This document shows, piece by piece, positions 11,564-23,814 of a DNA stretch of 64,000 bases. The DNA is from Utricularia gibba. Its lineage: Eukaryota > Plantae > Magnoliophyta. The position numbers and the translations under genes are program-made. The stretch spans positions 1,054,001 through 1,118,000 of the forward strand of contig NEEC01000008.1 in the NCBI GenBank assembly GCA_002189035.1. Reading direction: 5' to 3'. The notes below the pieces were generated by a model that searched no databases, was not told where the DNA came from, and saw nothing but the letters and a program-made list of their open reading frames with translations. Numbering within the stretch: position 1 is the first letter of the stretch; every line of letters starts with the position of its first letter.

Positions 11564-13015
11564 ATGGAATCCCTGGAAAGGGCTTCACCAGCCCTGAAGC
11601 AAATTCTTCTCAGAATACATCGACAGGAGAAGCCGACGGAGGTCGATCATCACTGGCACGAGCTCCAGTCCATTCACTACCATGTTCAGGTGCTAAGCAT
11701 CATCACTCTTTGATCACCTTTGAAACTTCCTGAAAGGTATCATCAGCATATGCACCCCTGTTATGTGCAGCATTCTGTTGCTGATCCATTCTACACCTAT
11801 CTCTCCATCTCCACACCTCTATCCCATGGGGTTGCTGTAAATATGATGTCGATAGTTAATGGCATTTGCCCCGGTGTTATGGAAGCTGCGGAGGAACCGA
11901 ATGAAGGGTTCAACCTCACACTGAAAATTAACTTGTCCAGGATTCCATCCTCTGCAAAAGGTTTATAAAATGTATGCTTTGTGATGATCTGCTTTTACAT
12001 GGTTCTGAAAAGCAGTGAACTTGTTCAGAGTCCATCAGGGTGATTACAAGCATATCATCGGTACATGCATGTTTACTCATTTCCCATATGAAAGAACAGC
12101 TTGTGAACAAAGTGGATGCAATATCTTGGATGCCTATGAAGCCAGTCAAACTAGTTTACTATAAGAAAGAACCGTTTTTCATTGTCAAACAGGTGGGTTT
12201 TGTAAGAAAATCTACACTCTTGAGGTGGTTAGAGTTTCTTACTTGAATTGAAATTTCACAGCCAGGGAAGATCATCGTGGTGTACCCAATGCGCTTCAAG
12301 GAAATTGAAGATGTGGTCATTGCTTCAGCCTTCTTTGAGGTGAACTCCCTTTGACAAATATGTAGCATCATCTCACTAAAGATAGCAACAAATGAATGAA
12401 GCTGAATAGAATTGAAACTTTTATCCAGAGTCTCACCGAAGTAAGCAATTTGAAAGCGTACAAGAAAGCTCCTCTTTGCTCATGGTCGCCAATCCCTCCC
12501 AAGGAACTAAGAGGGGAGCATATTGAAGACCTCTGCACGAATTCTGGATTCATCTCTTTCGGTATGGATCCACTTCAGCTTGTCTATTCTCATCTCCTCT
12601 TCCCTCTTGTTTGTTACTCAGTACAATGCAGATGTTATGGCAAGCCACCTGAAAGCGAAAAAGGTAGATAAGGTGATATGGAGCCTATTGAACTTCCAAA
12701 CATTTGTAAAGTGTCATGTGAAGGTAACCTGGTCTCAGAGTCTGCATAACAGGGGAAATTTTGGGATCCTGACTCTAAAAAATCTCATAAAACAGACCAC
12801 AAAAAGTTTCATACTGAGGAGGATGAGGACGCGACTCAGAGACTTGGCTCAGGTGGGTGAACAACCTCCCACTCACTCATTTGGAACCTCGACTTCTCCC
12901 CATATATCATTAGGGTACATATGTGTGGATAAACTGTTTGCTTTTACAGAAAACAGGAATTGATGCAGAACCAAAGACACAAACACCAGCCAAACTATTT
13001 GTGGGGAAACAATAA
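11564..13015 (+). CDS. ARPC2B: Actin-related protein 2/3 complex subunit 2B-like
   Basis: MESLERASPALKQILLRIHRQEKPTEVDHHWHEL, YYKKEPFFIVKQ, VYPMRFKEIEDVVIASAFFE, APLCSWSPIPPKELRGE, VIWSLLNFQTFVKCHVK and SFILRRMRTRL on phase-compatible exons. The last exon acceptor (12950 vs 12957) and the stop are uncertain. Confidence 0.85.
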
Positions 13016-13414
13016 ACATGGATTCCTAATGTTTGCCCTTGTTTCTGGGACTGGTTTTTTTCACCTCCTCTGATAGACAAAATCAATAATTCACACTTAA
13101 AATTTTCATGTTGATTTTGGATTTTACAATTTCTAGAAACAGTTGCCTGACAATCTCATGAAACTTTAGCTCATGAGCTGCCAAGATGCTAAACATGGGA
13201 TACCGGCAGATACAGACATCAACACTACTCAAAACGCCTGCAACTGCCTCCAAGGAGACAAAAAACACATTTCTTTTGTGTAAAAAGTCACTCGGGTGTT
13301 AGATATGCATCCCTTGCTCCGTAAAAACAGTGCCATCTATCAGTGTTATCTACGAGGGATGGAAAACAGAGTGCGAGCACACAAAGTATAGATGTTACCT
13401 TGTGAATGTGTGCA

Positions 13415-14200
13415 GTTGCAGATTTCAAGTTTTGCAGGGTAGTCATCATCAACCTCATAGTTCAGGCAAAGTTCTCTCAGAAAATAGCATTAAGCTAGGA
13501 GATTTTTGATCATATATAATACTAACGCACACAGACGTTTGGACTTGAAGTATGACTGATACAGCAAACAGCATTCCTCTTTGTACACACTTCCATGGAC
13601 GAACTCCAGTGGAGGAGATACTCATGTCTGGTATGGAGGAACTTGATCAGCAAATACTTGAGAAAACTCACCCCACTCTTTCCATGCCCCAGCAAATCCG
13701 GCCTTTTTCTCGAGTAAGAAGCTGCTTGAACCATGTCCAATGGCCTCACTCCCCAGCCAGTGCCCCTCGATCTGCACACCTCAAATCGATGTCGAGCCTC
13801 ATTTTGAACGGAAAACGAGACCGGCGTACGGACCCCGAGATAGGCTCGTCGCCATTGAGTTGCAGGAAACTCAACAAACTCTTGTCTGTTTGGATCGAAC
13901 CCTCTCTGCCTATTCAGAAATCGAGACTGGGCTTTCACAAGAAATGGCGAGCATCCACCTGCATCAGGAGAAACCCCGCGACAATGGCAACGCAAGCCCA
14001 TCAAGGTCAACGTCCGTATTCAGACTCAAGTATATGAACCCCGGAAACGCCTCCCAGAGCGACCAAAAGAGAGCCGGGAATGCTTCTCAGATTCCCAAGA
14101 GAAGGCCACACCAATGCCTCTCAGATTCCTCCAACAGGCGGCCATTTCTTTTTTAATGATCAAAGGGATATAGTGTACGGCCCTTCTTCCTTACGGTTTA
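13415..14200 (-). pseudogene. Decayed intronless SUVH2/SUVH9-type pre-SET/SET relic with several frameshifts and stops
   Basis: Collinear fragments in shifting minus-strand frames: QNEARHRFEVCRSRGTGWGVRPLDMVQA; WKEWGEFSQVFADQVPPYQT*VSPPLEF; SMEVCTKRNAVCCISHTSSPNV; LMLFSERTLP; YEVDDDYPAKLEICN. They match the SUVH9-type order LEVFRS.ETGWGVRSLD / WEDWGDLSQV / AMDVSKMRNVACYISHS..PNV / VMLFA.ENIPP / DDWNAKLAICN. The 5' boundary is approximate. Confidence 0.8.
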
Positions 14201-14388
14201 CCTTCAGACTCCCGAACACGTAGCTCAGGCTGCTCAAGACACAGTTTAACACAGTGAGGAGCACTTCGGGAATCGATGAATGTTCATCGTGTCAGAGGCA
14301 GTAGCTACAAACACATGCTTCTTTGTATAGTTGATTGTGGTAACACATGAGTTACAACAGGGGCGAGAGGGAGAAGGCTCTGATCCTA

Positions 14389-17300
14389 TCATCTGCTTCT
14401 CTTGATGCCCCACCATTTCCATCGGTGTTTCTCGCCGTCCGGCCGCCCCATCCGGCTCGCCTTCGCCTTCGCTTCTCTGAGCCGGATCCCGAATTCTCTC
14501 TTCCAAGATTTGAACCTGCATTTTAGCAACTCAACCTCCTCCGCAGGGTTTAGAGACTGTCTCCCCGATGACTTCGCATCAACGATGGCTCGAGCTTCAA
14601 CGTCGAAAAGCCGTCTTCGTTGCTCAAACTCTTTAACAAGAGCTGTGATTGGGTTCGCAGCTCCGTTGTTTTCTCGGCATGGAACATCTTCCCCAACATA
14701 TCTTGCAGGTGTGCTGCATCCGGGTGTTGCAGACCCTGTGCATGAATCATCTGAGTAGGAAGATCGAGGCGAATGGACTCCGTTCATCTTCCCTGGTTGA
14801 GCTGCAGAATCTCCAGCATCGGCATTCTTTTTCGGAGTAGCCATCGCCATCTGCAGTTTGGATTATTCACCATCATTTCTAACTCTAAATTTCAACAAAA
14901 GTTCCTACCAACCCATGAAACGCAACCAACCTGTAAAGATATCTTCTTTTGCCACTTCTGTTCCAAAGATTTCACCTTGGCTTCGTACTGCGGCCACCGA
15001 GCCTCGAGTTGCTTTATTCGATTTCTCAGGTTGGCATTTTCCTTCTCCTTTTCTTGGAGCTCTGCTTCCATCATCGACACTCGCTTTTGCAATTCTTTTG
15101 CAGATGACGGTTGTTGGAGAAGATCCTGTTCAACCAACGTGAATTCCAATTACTTTGAATCCACATACAAAACGTCCAAAGAAGCATCTCATACATCATA
15201 GAGAGGCGCCTAGAAGCAGTTGTCTATTTTCATTTCAACACAGTAAAAATTGAGAAACTCTTCCTTGCATGAATGGATACTAACCTTGAACTGTGTTCGA
15301 CTTGGTGGGCGGGTATGACGTCTTCTAGCCAACCAAGCACGAATTGCTGTTCACAATACATTGATGTGATTATTGCAGACTCCATTATGATTGATTCATC
15401 TGCCAAGGAGATAAAGCTTACCAGACTGTATATACACTACAGCCACAAGCTGCTGATCATCATCGTGCATCTTAGCAGCAGCATCCTGTGTTCTCAAATG
15501 ACTTAATTTCTGGAACTCCTTTCGTGCAATTTCACCACGCACATCTGCAGAGTTTTTTAAGTTCATCTAATGACACTGAACAAAAAAAGCATCAAGTTGC
15601 AGGTGCTACTCTTACATGACTGTAATGTTGTTGCTGCTCCCTTCAGTTCAAAAATGTCAACACGGCCATAACCACAACGGTGAGAACTCTGCGCCTCAGG
15701 GGTACCCTGCACAGCTCTCTGTCTGGCATTCTCCAGAGTTTCAATCTGTAGTAGCCACCATAAAACCAAAAGATTATGTAAGGTCTCTTTTATAAGAAAG
15801 AAATGCATGAATACAGTAACGTGTCACATGGCATTACACAGTGACCATGGAGTGGGTCTGGCGGAAACTGCTCTAACTCAGAACATAAAGGCTAACCTGT
15901 GCAGCCCGGAAAAACAATTTTGTATAGCCAACTTGGTACATCTCTGGCAGGATGCCACAGTGCTGTAAAATAGCTACTGATGTGCTCAAGGGATCTTGTC
16001 GAGATTCGTTTTTTGGCATGAGGACCGCGTATCTGGAATCACAATACTGGTTAATTACGAAACACAGGAAATGCAATGAAAGTCTGTGACATTTTACTTT
16101 ACCTTTGACAAAATTCCTCAATGCTGATCTTTGGTGGGTACCCAGATTTAGAAATCCTTGCCGCATCAACTACACTATACCGCTGGAGCTGCTGCAAAGC
16201 AAGATTTTGTTCGAATAAACCAGGAATCTTCTTGCTGTTTGGTCTCACACAGTAAATGAAATGAGGCTTTGTGGCATCTAGATGCTGAAATAATTCGAAC
16301 ATCGTATCCTGCAGGCAACGATGCCATTAAAATCACATAAGGTGATGCAGTGTGCAAGAGGCAACACAACAAAATAGCATTTTCCCAGAAATTGAAAACA
16401 ACGAACGCCAGCTAAGAAAACGATAGGAATTCCTTGGACTGAGGTAAAAAATTTTCACCTGGAGTTTCATGATGAGGCTTTGGTTGTGTGAATACTGTAT
16501 TTCTGACTGTAATGAAGTCCTTCCCCCACCACTGGATTGCTTAAATGAGAAAATGTGGCTGAGTTTAGTGCTGCATGACACTAGGTGAATCATTTCAGGA
16601 TACAAGGGGTCTTTGTTCTTCAACAAGAATTCTGAGGTATTGTAAACGACCTGTGGTAATTTTATGATTGAAAAAAAAAACATTAAGGCACGAAAGAACT
16701 AGCGAACCAAAATTTTTTTGAAGGAACTCAATGTAAAACTAACCACTCCAGCCGAATGGAAAACGCTGAATGCTCCATCGTTTTGTCCTTTAAAGCAATG
16801 CTTAGCACTTAACTGCTGAGCAAGTTTAGTGAGTAAAGTTAAATTAGTTGCTTTTGGCAATGATGACACTTCATCCAGTACAGAGATCAGCCCCGTTGGC
16901 TTCTGTTAAAGAACACCAGTGTGACGATTAGTAAAGTAGATAACATGATAAAGTATAAAAAATAACCATAACGATGCATGTTTACACCAAAACAATAAAT
17001 TTCGAGAATTTCTTTTATTTATTTCGAACAAGATGATAAGATACTCGAGTTTAAAGCCTAAATGTAGGAATACCTTCTCAAAAAGATCCAAGCAGTCATC
17101 GTTATCCCTGAAGTCCGTTTTTATCCAATGGATTCCTTCAACCTCGTACTCCTGCAAATAGAATAACAACAATGTTGATGCATAAGAACTTGCAAACGGG
17201 AATCTTAATTACAGAAGCTGACCTCTTGCTCCAGTTTGAATATGTGACGAATAAAGTGTTGCTGCAGCCTCTCATCAGCATAGTTTATACAGAACTGCTC

Positions 17301-20300
17301 AAAGCCGTTGTTCTGGTGCCCAAATGAAACATAAGGAATATTTGATATGCAACACACGAGTACCATCTTATTGATTAATTAAAATGAGCAAGTGGATTTT
17401 TACCTCTGATTTTTCAAAGCCACACATTTCTAGAATGCTTATGGATCCCCAAGCACCACATTTATCCATCGCCATGTAAATATTAATCTTCTCTACTAGC
17501 CAAGCAAACAGACTTGTATATATGAGCTTTGCCAGTGAATCTCTTCTTTCAATAGCCTGAATCAAAATGAGTAAACTATCCATAAGAATGCCAAATGGAT
17601 TATCGAATCAAAGCAAACATACACTTTAACCATGAAGGAAAAAAAAAATGCAACTGTCAACCTGTTGCAGGGTAAGCCTCCTAGTGATAATATCCTTCCC
17701 AGCTTTTATTTTCCGAGTTGACAAAGTAACTATCAGGTCATCCTGACCGCAGCCCATCAAAATAGCGGAGTGATCTAAAGCTGCGGATCAAAAGTAACAA
17801 ACATTCCGCTTCATGGTTCGGATAGTCTAAGAAAAGGACAAGAAAAAGTGTTTGTACCTTCATTATGAACAACCTCTACATGAGTTTGATCATCAGTTAC
17901 AAGAAAAGAAATGTTTCCAAGCCACAACACCGCAGCTAGCAACTCAAAGACGCGATACTGATCTTCTTTGGAAATTCCAACAGCATTTAAGGCTCCCTAA
18001 TAAGATTCAACAAATGAATGATCAAATTTTTGGCAGATATTAATAGGCAAACCAAAATGATCTCTTTGGTACAATTTGGATGAAAAGCATGAAAAGACTT
18101 TAGACACATATGCATATAAACTAGTCAACTTCCATTTGATTACCACAAGGACATGAAACTTCTGAGAATCATCAAAACTGGGAATCTCCGTGCAGTTACT
18201 CTGATTAAGATAGCTATATTCAGACGCTGATTTTAAATATAACCGCCCTGAAAGAGTCATGTAATTTCAAGTCGTTATGTCCCTTCAAAACGAGGAAATA
18301 ACCCTCTCAAACCAGCAAGAAATGAAAGGAAAAGAACCTCTTAGATCAGCAGATGCACCACAGCATAGTTGATAGAAAATGTGGTATGATCGCTCTCCTT
18401 GCGCCAATTGAACAACTCTAGACTGATATGATTTGAAAAGCGAGTTCACTAAATAGATAAATGCTAAATTACAAGTGACATTTATACACACAAACAGACC
18501 TTTTCAACGAGGACTGGTTCATACGTTCATGAGGGTAGGAGAAAATATGCACAGAAACAAGGCAAACAGTCAAAAAAATAAGTGATCAGAACTAGCATCT
18601 AAAAGTTCCTTTAGATGGCATTGACATGCACTTACAGGTCATTATTTGTGCACTACATATTTTCCCCACGTTACTAAAGTGGAACTCAAATAAAGTTCCC
18701 TGCAGAAAATGATGAATACACATAATTCAATTTGTAAAATTATTCGAAACCAGTATGCAAGACTATCCATCAAATTTAGTCAATACGATAAGATCATGAA
18801 TGGGTACTTACAAATCTGCTGGAGTTGTCATTCAAGGCAGTTTTTGCATTACCAAACGCCTCCAAGATATATCTTATCTGCAAAACTTTGGACTCAAAAT
18901 TTCCATCATCACTGCTAATGATAGCCAAATATTCCAAAGCTCTTCTGGCTGTCTCGGTTTTCCCAGCACCACTCTCACCGCTACAGTAAAACACTATCAC
19001 AATTTCACGCGCAAATATACTCTATAAAAAAATCACATGCAAATATGCTCGGAGTAACTTAAGGAACCTGATTATGATGGATTGGTTGCCCCCACCTAAA
19101 AATTTTTAAAGTATAAAAGCGATAAGTAATGGGATAAGAACCCAAGAGAACTATATGTAGCAACATTTTATGATCCAGTCTACAACCTGCCATCATTTTA
19201 TCAAATGCTCCATTCACAACAGCATAAACATGAGGTTTACACAAAGGCTTATTTCTATATTCCGCGATGAACTCCTTCCCATAAATGTGGATGTTTTTCA
19301 GAGGATTGAGAGCGATCAACAAACTGCCTGCTTTAGTCTACACACAAAAAAAAAAACACAAAAGTAAGAAAAATATTCTCAGCGGACATACACCCTTTAG
19401 TTTGCGAGAATTTCTACTTACATATATCATATCTTGTGCATATTTGCATTGAAGAGTGTGAAGAACGGACGGCTCATTGAGATAACAGAGTTTCCCAAGA
19501 TCGTCAACTGCATCAAGAATGTCTGGATTCGCAGGTCTGAGATCTCGCAAGGGAACAGAAACAACCTACAGTAGCATCGTCAGAGTTCACTAATGAAAGT
19601 TTTTAACCTTCCATACAAGCAGTGAATGGATGAAATGATACCCTTTCATCTGAAAATAGAACCGAAGCTGTTTCCCCTGAGGAGGATATTGTTTGCCCTT
19701 GGAGCCATAAACCATCCGGTGACCGGCACCAAATCCGAAGTCTCTAAAGTCAAAATTAGCAAAATTGTTGAATGATAACCTGGGCATCTACAAAAAGTGG
19801 CCTTTTTTTCCTCAAACATTTAGTTTATACAGCTTGCAAAGCTACCGGATCCAAATCGAAGATTCGGAAAGAATAAAAGAACTGTCCCAACAGACAATAA
19901 TTATAGTAGCAGCATGAAGAACAGTGATGATTATTTAGTAATAAACATCAGCAAGAATACACAACAAATGATGATGAAAAATTGCAAATTTACCTTGCTA
20001 TAGAAATTTCCGAGACCGGCATCTCTACCGGAGTCATCGGACCTCCGGCGAGATCCAAACGGCAGAGCAGAGGTATCAGCGATTTTGCGATCAATTTCCT
20101 CCTTAAAAGAAGTTCCTCCAACAACTTCTGATCCACGTAACACAGAAGGGGATTCCATTTCGGTGACTTTCTGATTCCGTTCTCCCCTTAACTCACAATT
20201 CAACGGCATCTCGGTTTCAGAAACCCGCAAGCTATCCGGAAGGCGGCGCTTGGCCGACGGAGGACGACTCCGGGGATTCGATTTGGGCCGCGGCGGAAGC

Positions 20301-20410
20301 GCCGGAGGTTTGTCTCCCACGTTCTCAACCTCGTCCCGTCGCTGGAGTGACTCCAGCATTTCCTCCAACGAGCTACGAGCAACACAACTCGGCGAAACCG
20401 CCATCATCAT
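14389..20410 (-). CDS. Class VIII myosin (ATM2/VIII-B type), >20 exons, with divergent motor motifs
   Basis: N-terminus [34 protein letters not shown]. Also YLNEPSVL, the [10 protein letters not shown]-loop, [40 protein letters not shown]-like repeats, a coiled coil, and the class VIII tail [26 protein letters not shown]. The exons I traced are in frame with GT-AG ends. Confidence 0.92.
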
Positions 20411-22738
20411 CTTCAAATTCTACCAATTACGCAGATCAAGGACACCCACCCCAAAACTTCTTCATCTAAACTGTTTCCTTTTCACTCCCGCAACACCCGC
20501 AAACAATCTCCATCTACAAAAGCGAAAGGAAAGAAACAGTTAAAGCAAAGTCAGCGAGCATGCCTTCCCGCTACTAAAAGCAAACTACTTCTCGAAAAAA
20601 ACACCGCTCAGTTGGTAACCAGGAGTGGCATCAAAGCCAACGACCCAGCCAGATACATGAACTGCCGCAGCTCCCCTCCTCGGAGTCAGAGAGCGCTTTT
20701 GCAGAGATTTAACAGACGCAATGAACATCCCACATCGAACTTCAACATTTCGATTATTAAAATAAACTTTTTCATATAAATTCTCATGCAGTTTCCAAAA
20801 AAAAAACCCACCCAGAGTTTGCCTTTTTAATTAAAGTAATTTCCACTTTGAAAATCAATTAAATTGTTCCTTTAACTATTAAAATCATGTCTTAATTAAT
20901 AAATATCAAAAAGTCATTCTATAATAAATTGATATTACATCTAAATTAAACAATTTTATATTTATGTTAATTATTTTTTACACATACAATTTTTTAAATA
21001 TCATTCATTTTGAATCGTGAATCATTTATAATAATATTTACACCAAATTCAAACCCCCTAAAAAAATTATATTCCTATTGCAAATAATTTAAATAAGCAT
21101 CGAAAAGTTTTTTTAAAAAAACGATTCATCATACTTTGAATCTTATATAAAAACATCAAAAAAAGTCTTTTGAAAAAAAAATCGGTTTAATACCAATTAT
21201 CAAACCACAATCATTCACCCCACTAGTTCAAAAACCTTTTTGACATTTAAAATACTAAAAAAATGGTTAGAGAATTTGAAATTTGAATGGAAAAGTGAGG
21301 GAAGGGGTAATTCCGGGAACTCACATTTTTTCCGAGGGCAGGTTTGAGATTCCAAGGTCCCATCAGGAATCAGGTTTTCAGTCAATTTTCTGGTAAGCAT
21401 CCCCAAAATGAATAATCAATTTTGCTTGTACTTGATTGCATTTAATGCATATTTCTTTTATTTAATTATTCACCCAAAAGAAGGAATCACATGCCCCAGC
21501 ATTTTTTTAATTACAAATCACACCCCCAAAGTATTTTGGTTTTTTTTAATCCAATAAATACAGTCTGTGTGCATTTAACCCCATAAATTCTGCCTTTTAT
21601 CATATGAGGCACACTCTAGGGTCTAGCCCTAGTAGCTAATTTCAAAAATAAATATGTATTTTCATTTTTTAAAAAAATGGAAATTATATTTCTTCGAGTA
21701 CATTAATGTGGCGTCACGATAAGGTCAACAAGTATCCGATCGCCTATAATGATTTTAAATGGCCATGGACTTTGACGTGGCTCCCGGCATCGACGTCACA
21801 GTTATTTAATATAGAGAATATAAAATATATAAAATCAAGTAAAACTAAAAAACATTAAGTTATTAGAAAATAACATTAAATCACTGATCATCATTATATA
21901 ATAAATTACACGTAGTCAAGAAATATGATCAAACATCTTTAATGTATTGTGACACCAAATCAATTAGGATATTAATATACTTATCAACAAACGATATACT
22001 CTTTATCGTTGTACATGATTAGTCGGATTTCTCTATTTAAAGACATAATCTTATATGTTCTTAATCAATGTATGATATAATCAATTTCTTTCTTAGACAC
22101 TTAGTATACTTATTGAATACCCCATCATCCCAACAATAGAACGTGCCTCGACTTTGATTCTAATATCAAATATCATGAATCATGTTTTACTTATAAAATA
22201 TTATGTGTTTTAAATACCTAACTTTCATGATTTTCATGTTCTCTACTTTTGAAAAAAGGGTATCGTACAAAAATAAAAGGGTTATTTATTTAATCATGTT
22301 CTATATCTCAATAATCCGAGCAAATTGATGATTCATAATTATTCCTTTTAATTTCAACCATATTTTTCCTTGTACAATGAAATTTCAAGAATGGATTTGA
22401 TTTTGATCTTTCAATTTGATAGATGGCCAAAATTCTAATTGACATCATTTGGAAGAATACTTGCCAAATGTGCATATTTTTGAAAGCAACTCACCTATTT
22501 AATATTCAATGTATAAAGATTAGTAATTTAAATATGAAATACCTAATATCCATAAAATTTAAATAACCACCCAAATGAATAGTAGTGCAAACCCCAATAA
22601 TTTAAAAGATGAACTCTCCCTACTCTTAATGAAGGTTCATTTGTTATGGTCTATGGTGGGTCCCAGAAGAATGTGCTAAATATAGCTTTTTTCCTCTAAT
22701 AATTGTGTATGACTGTGCGTGTCCCCAAACGACGAAGT

Positions 22739-22913
22739 GTGGGCCCCGCACATCCGCGCCGCGGGGCCCACCGTGTGGACATTATTATAAATATATCGAT
22801 GTTATTTTCCGGCTTGTCTTTTTTTAAAAAAAGAAAACAATTTATATGTATGTATTTGTCGGCATTTAGTTCGACGAAGATTTACACGTGGCCGGAAGGG
22901 GCCCATCCACGTG
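22739..22913. promoter_or_regulatory. GC-rich island with inverted TCP-type GTGGGCCC sites and two G-boxes
   Basis: GTGGGCCCCGC 22739-22749 and its perfect complement GCGGGGCCCAC 22761-22771. CACGTG at 22885-22890 and 22908-22913. The surrounding DNA is very A+T-rich. Confidence 0.5.
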
Positions 22914-23814
22914 CTGTGTACATGCTCTTTAATTTTTTGTTAGTTTATGATGTCGTATTATGGGGCGACTTTTTTTATTTTTTATTTTTAATGTTTTTCT
23001 CCTTGCGAGAAAAACAACACACCACATGACCATGTTGTTTATCATTTTTGAAAAATAAAAATAGAAAAAATGATTAATATTTTTCAAAATAATGAAGTAT
23101 ATTTCAAATTTCAAATTGAAAATTGAGGATCCAAATTCCTAATCTATAAGTCTGTTTTGTAAACATAATTTCTTGTAGTAATTAAATATTTTAATGTTTA
23201 TTCATTACATATGAAAATAAAAAATTCAGATTATATAACTAATTTCATATATTAGTTAATTAATGAATCTCAGTTTTAGTGATTAAATAAGAAATATATA
23301 CAATTGATGTCATTAATTTTTATAATATTCTATAAAATAGTTTTATAATTTTAAATTAATTTTTTTCACAAAATATGAAAACTAATTATATTTTATGTAA
23401 TTTGAATCGTACATTCAAAATACATAACAAATCTATGTTTTACAGCAAATGGGACACTTGGAATCAAGCTTTTTCAATTAGATTAGAATGGATTATGGTG
23501 TGTGAATATACAAATATTATCAATCACATGCTTTTGCTTGAGGCATGTTACTAATGGAGTATATGTTTGTTGTTATTAGTATAGCTTTTTTTAATTTTTT
23601 TTATATTCTATTCCACAACTTTTGGCTTGGGCTGTCCGTACAAATCAAACGCTACCGGACTTTTGGAGCCCAGGATGAGGCCCGTTAGTGTTTGTTTACG
23701 TATACTTTCGTTATTTATTTATTTGAGAGTAAAATTTACTTGAAAAAAAAAAAATCAAAATTGCCTACATCGAAATTACACTTATCTGCCAATGTCTCCC
23801 AATTACTTGGAGTG

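Noticed and set aside
13552-14156. Long plus-strand ORFs 13552-14037 and 13740-14156
   Set aside because: No recognisable domain; they are antisense shadows of the minus-strand SUVH relic.
21850-22250. Possible decayed copia gag-protease fragment (CLDFDSNIKYHESCFTY)
   Set aside because: The resemblance to LDSG.S.HM is too weak and there are no supporting motifs or LTRs.
22739-22771. GC hairpin as a Helitron 3' terminus
   Set aside because: No CTRR end about 10 nt downstream on either strand; better explained as paired TCP sites.
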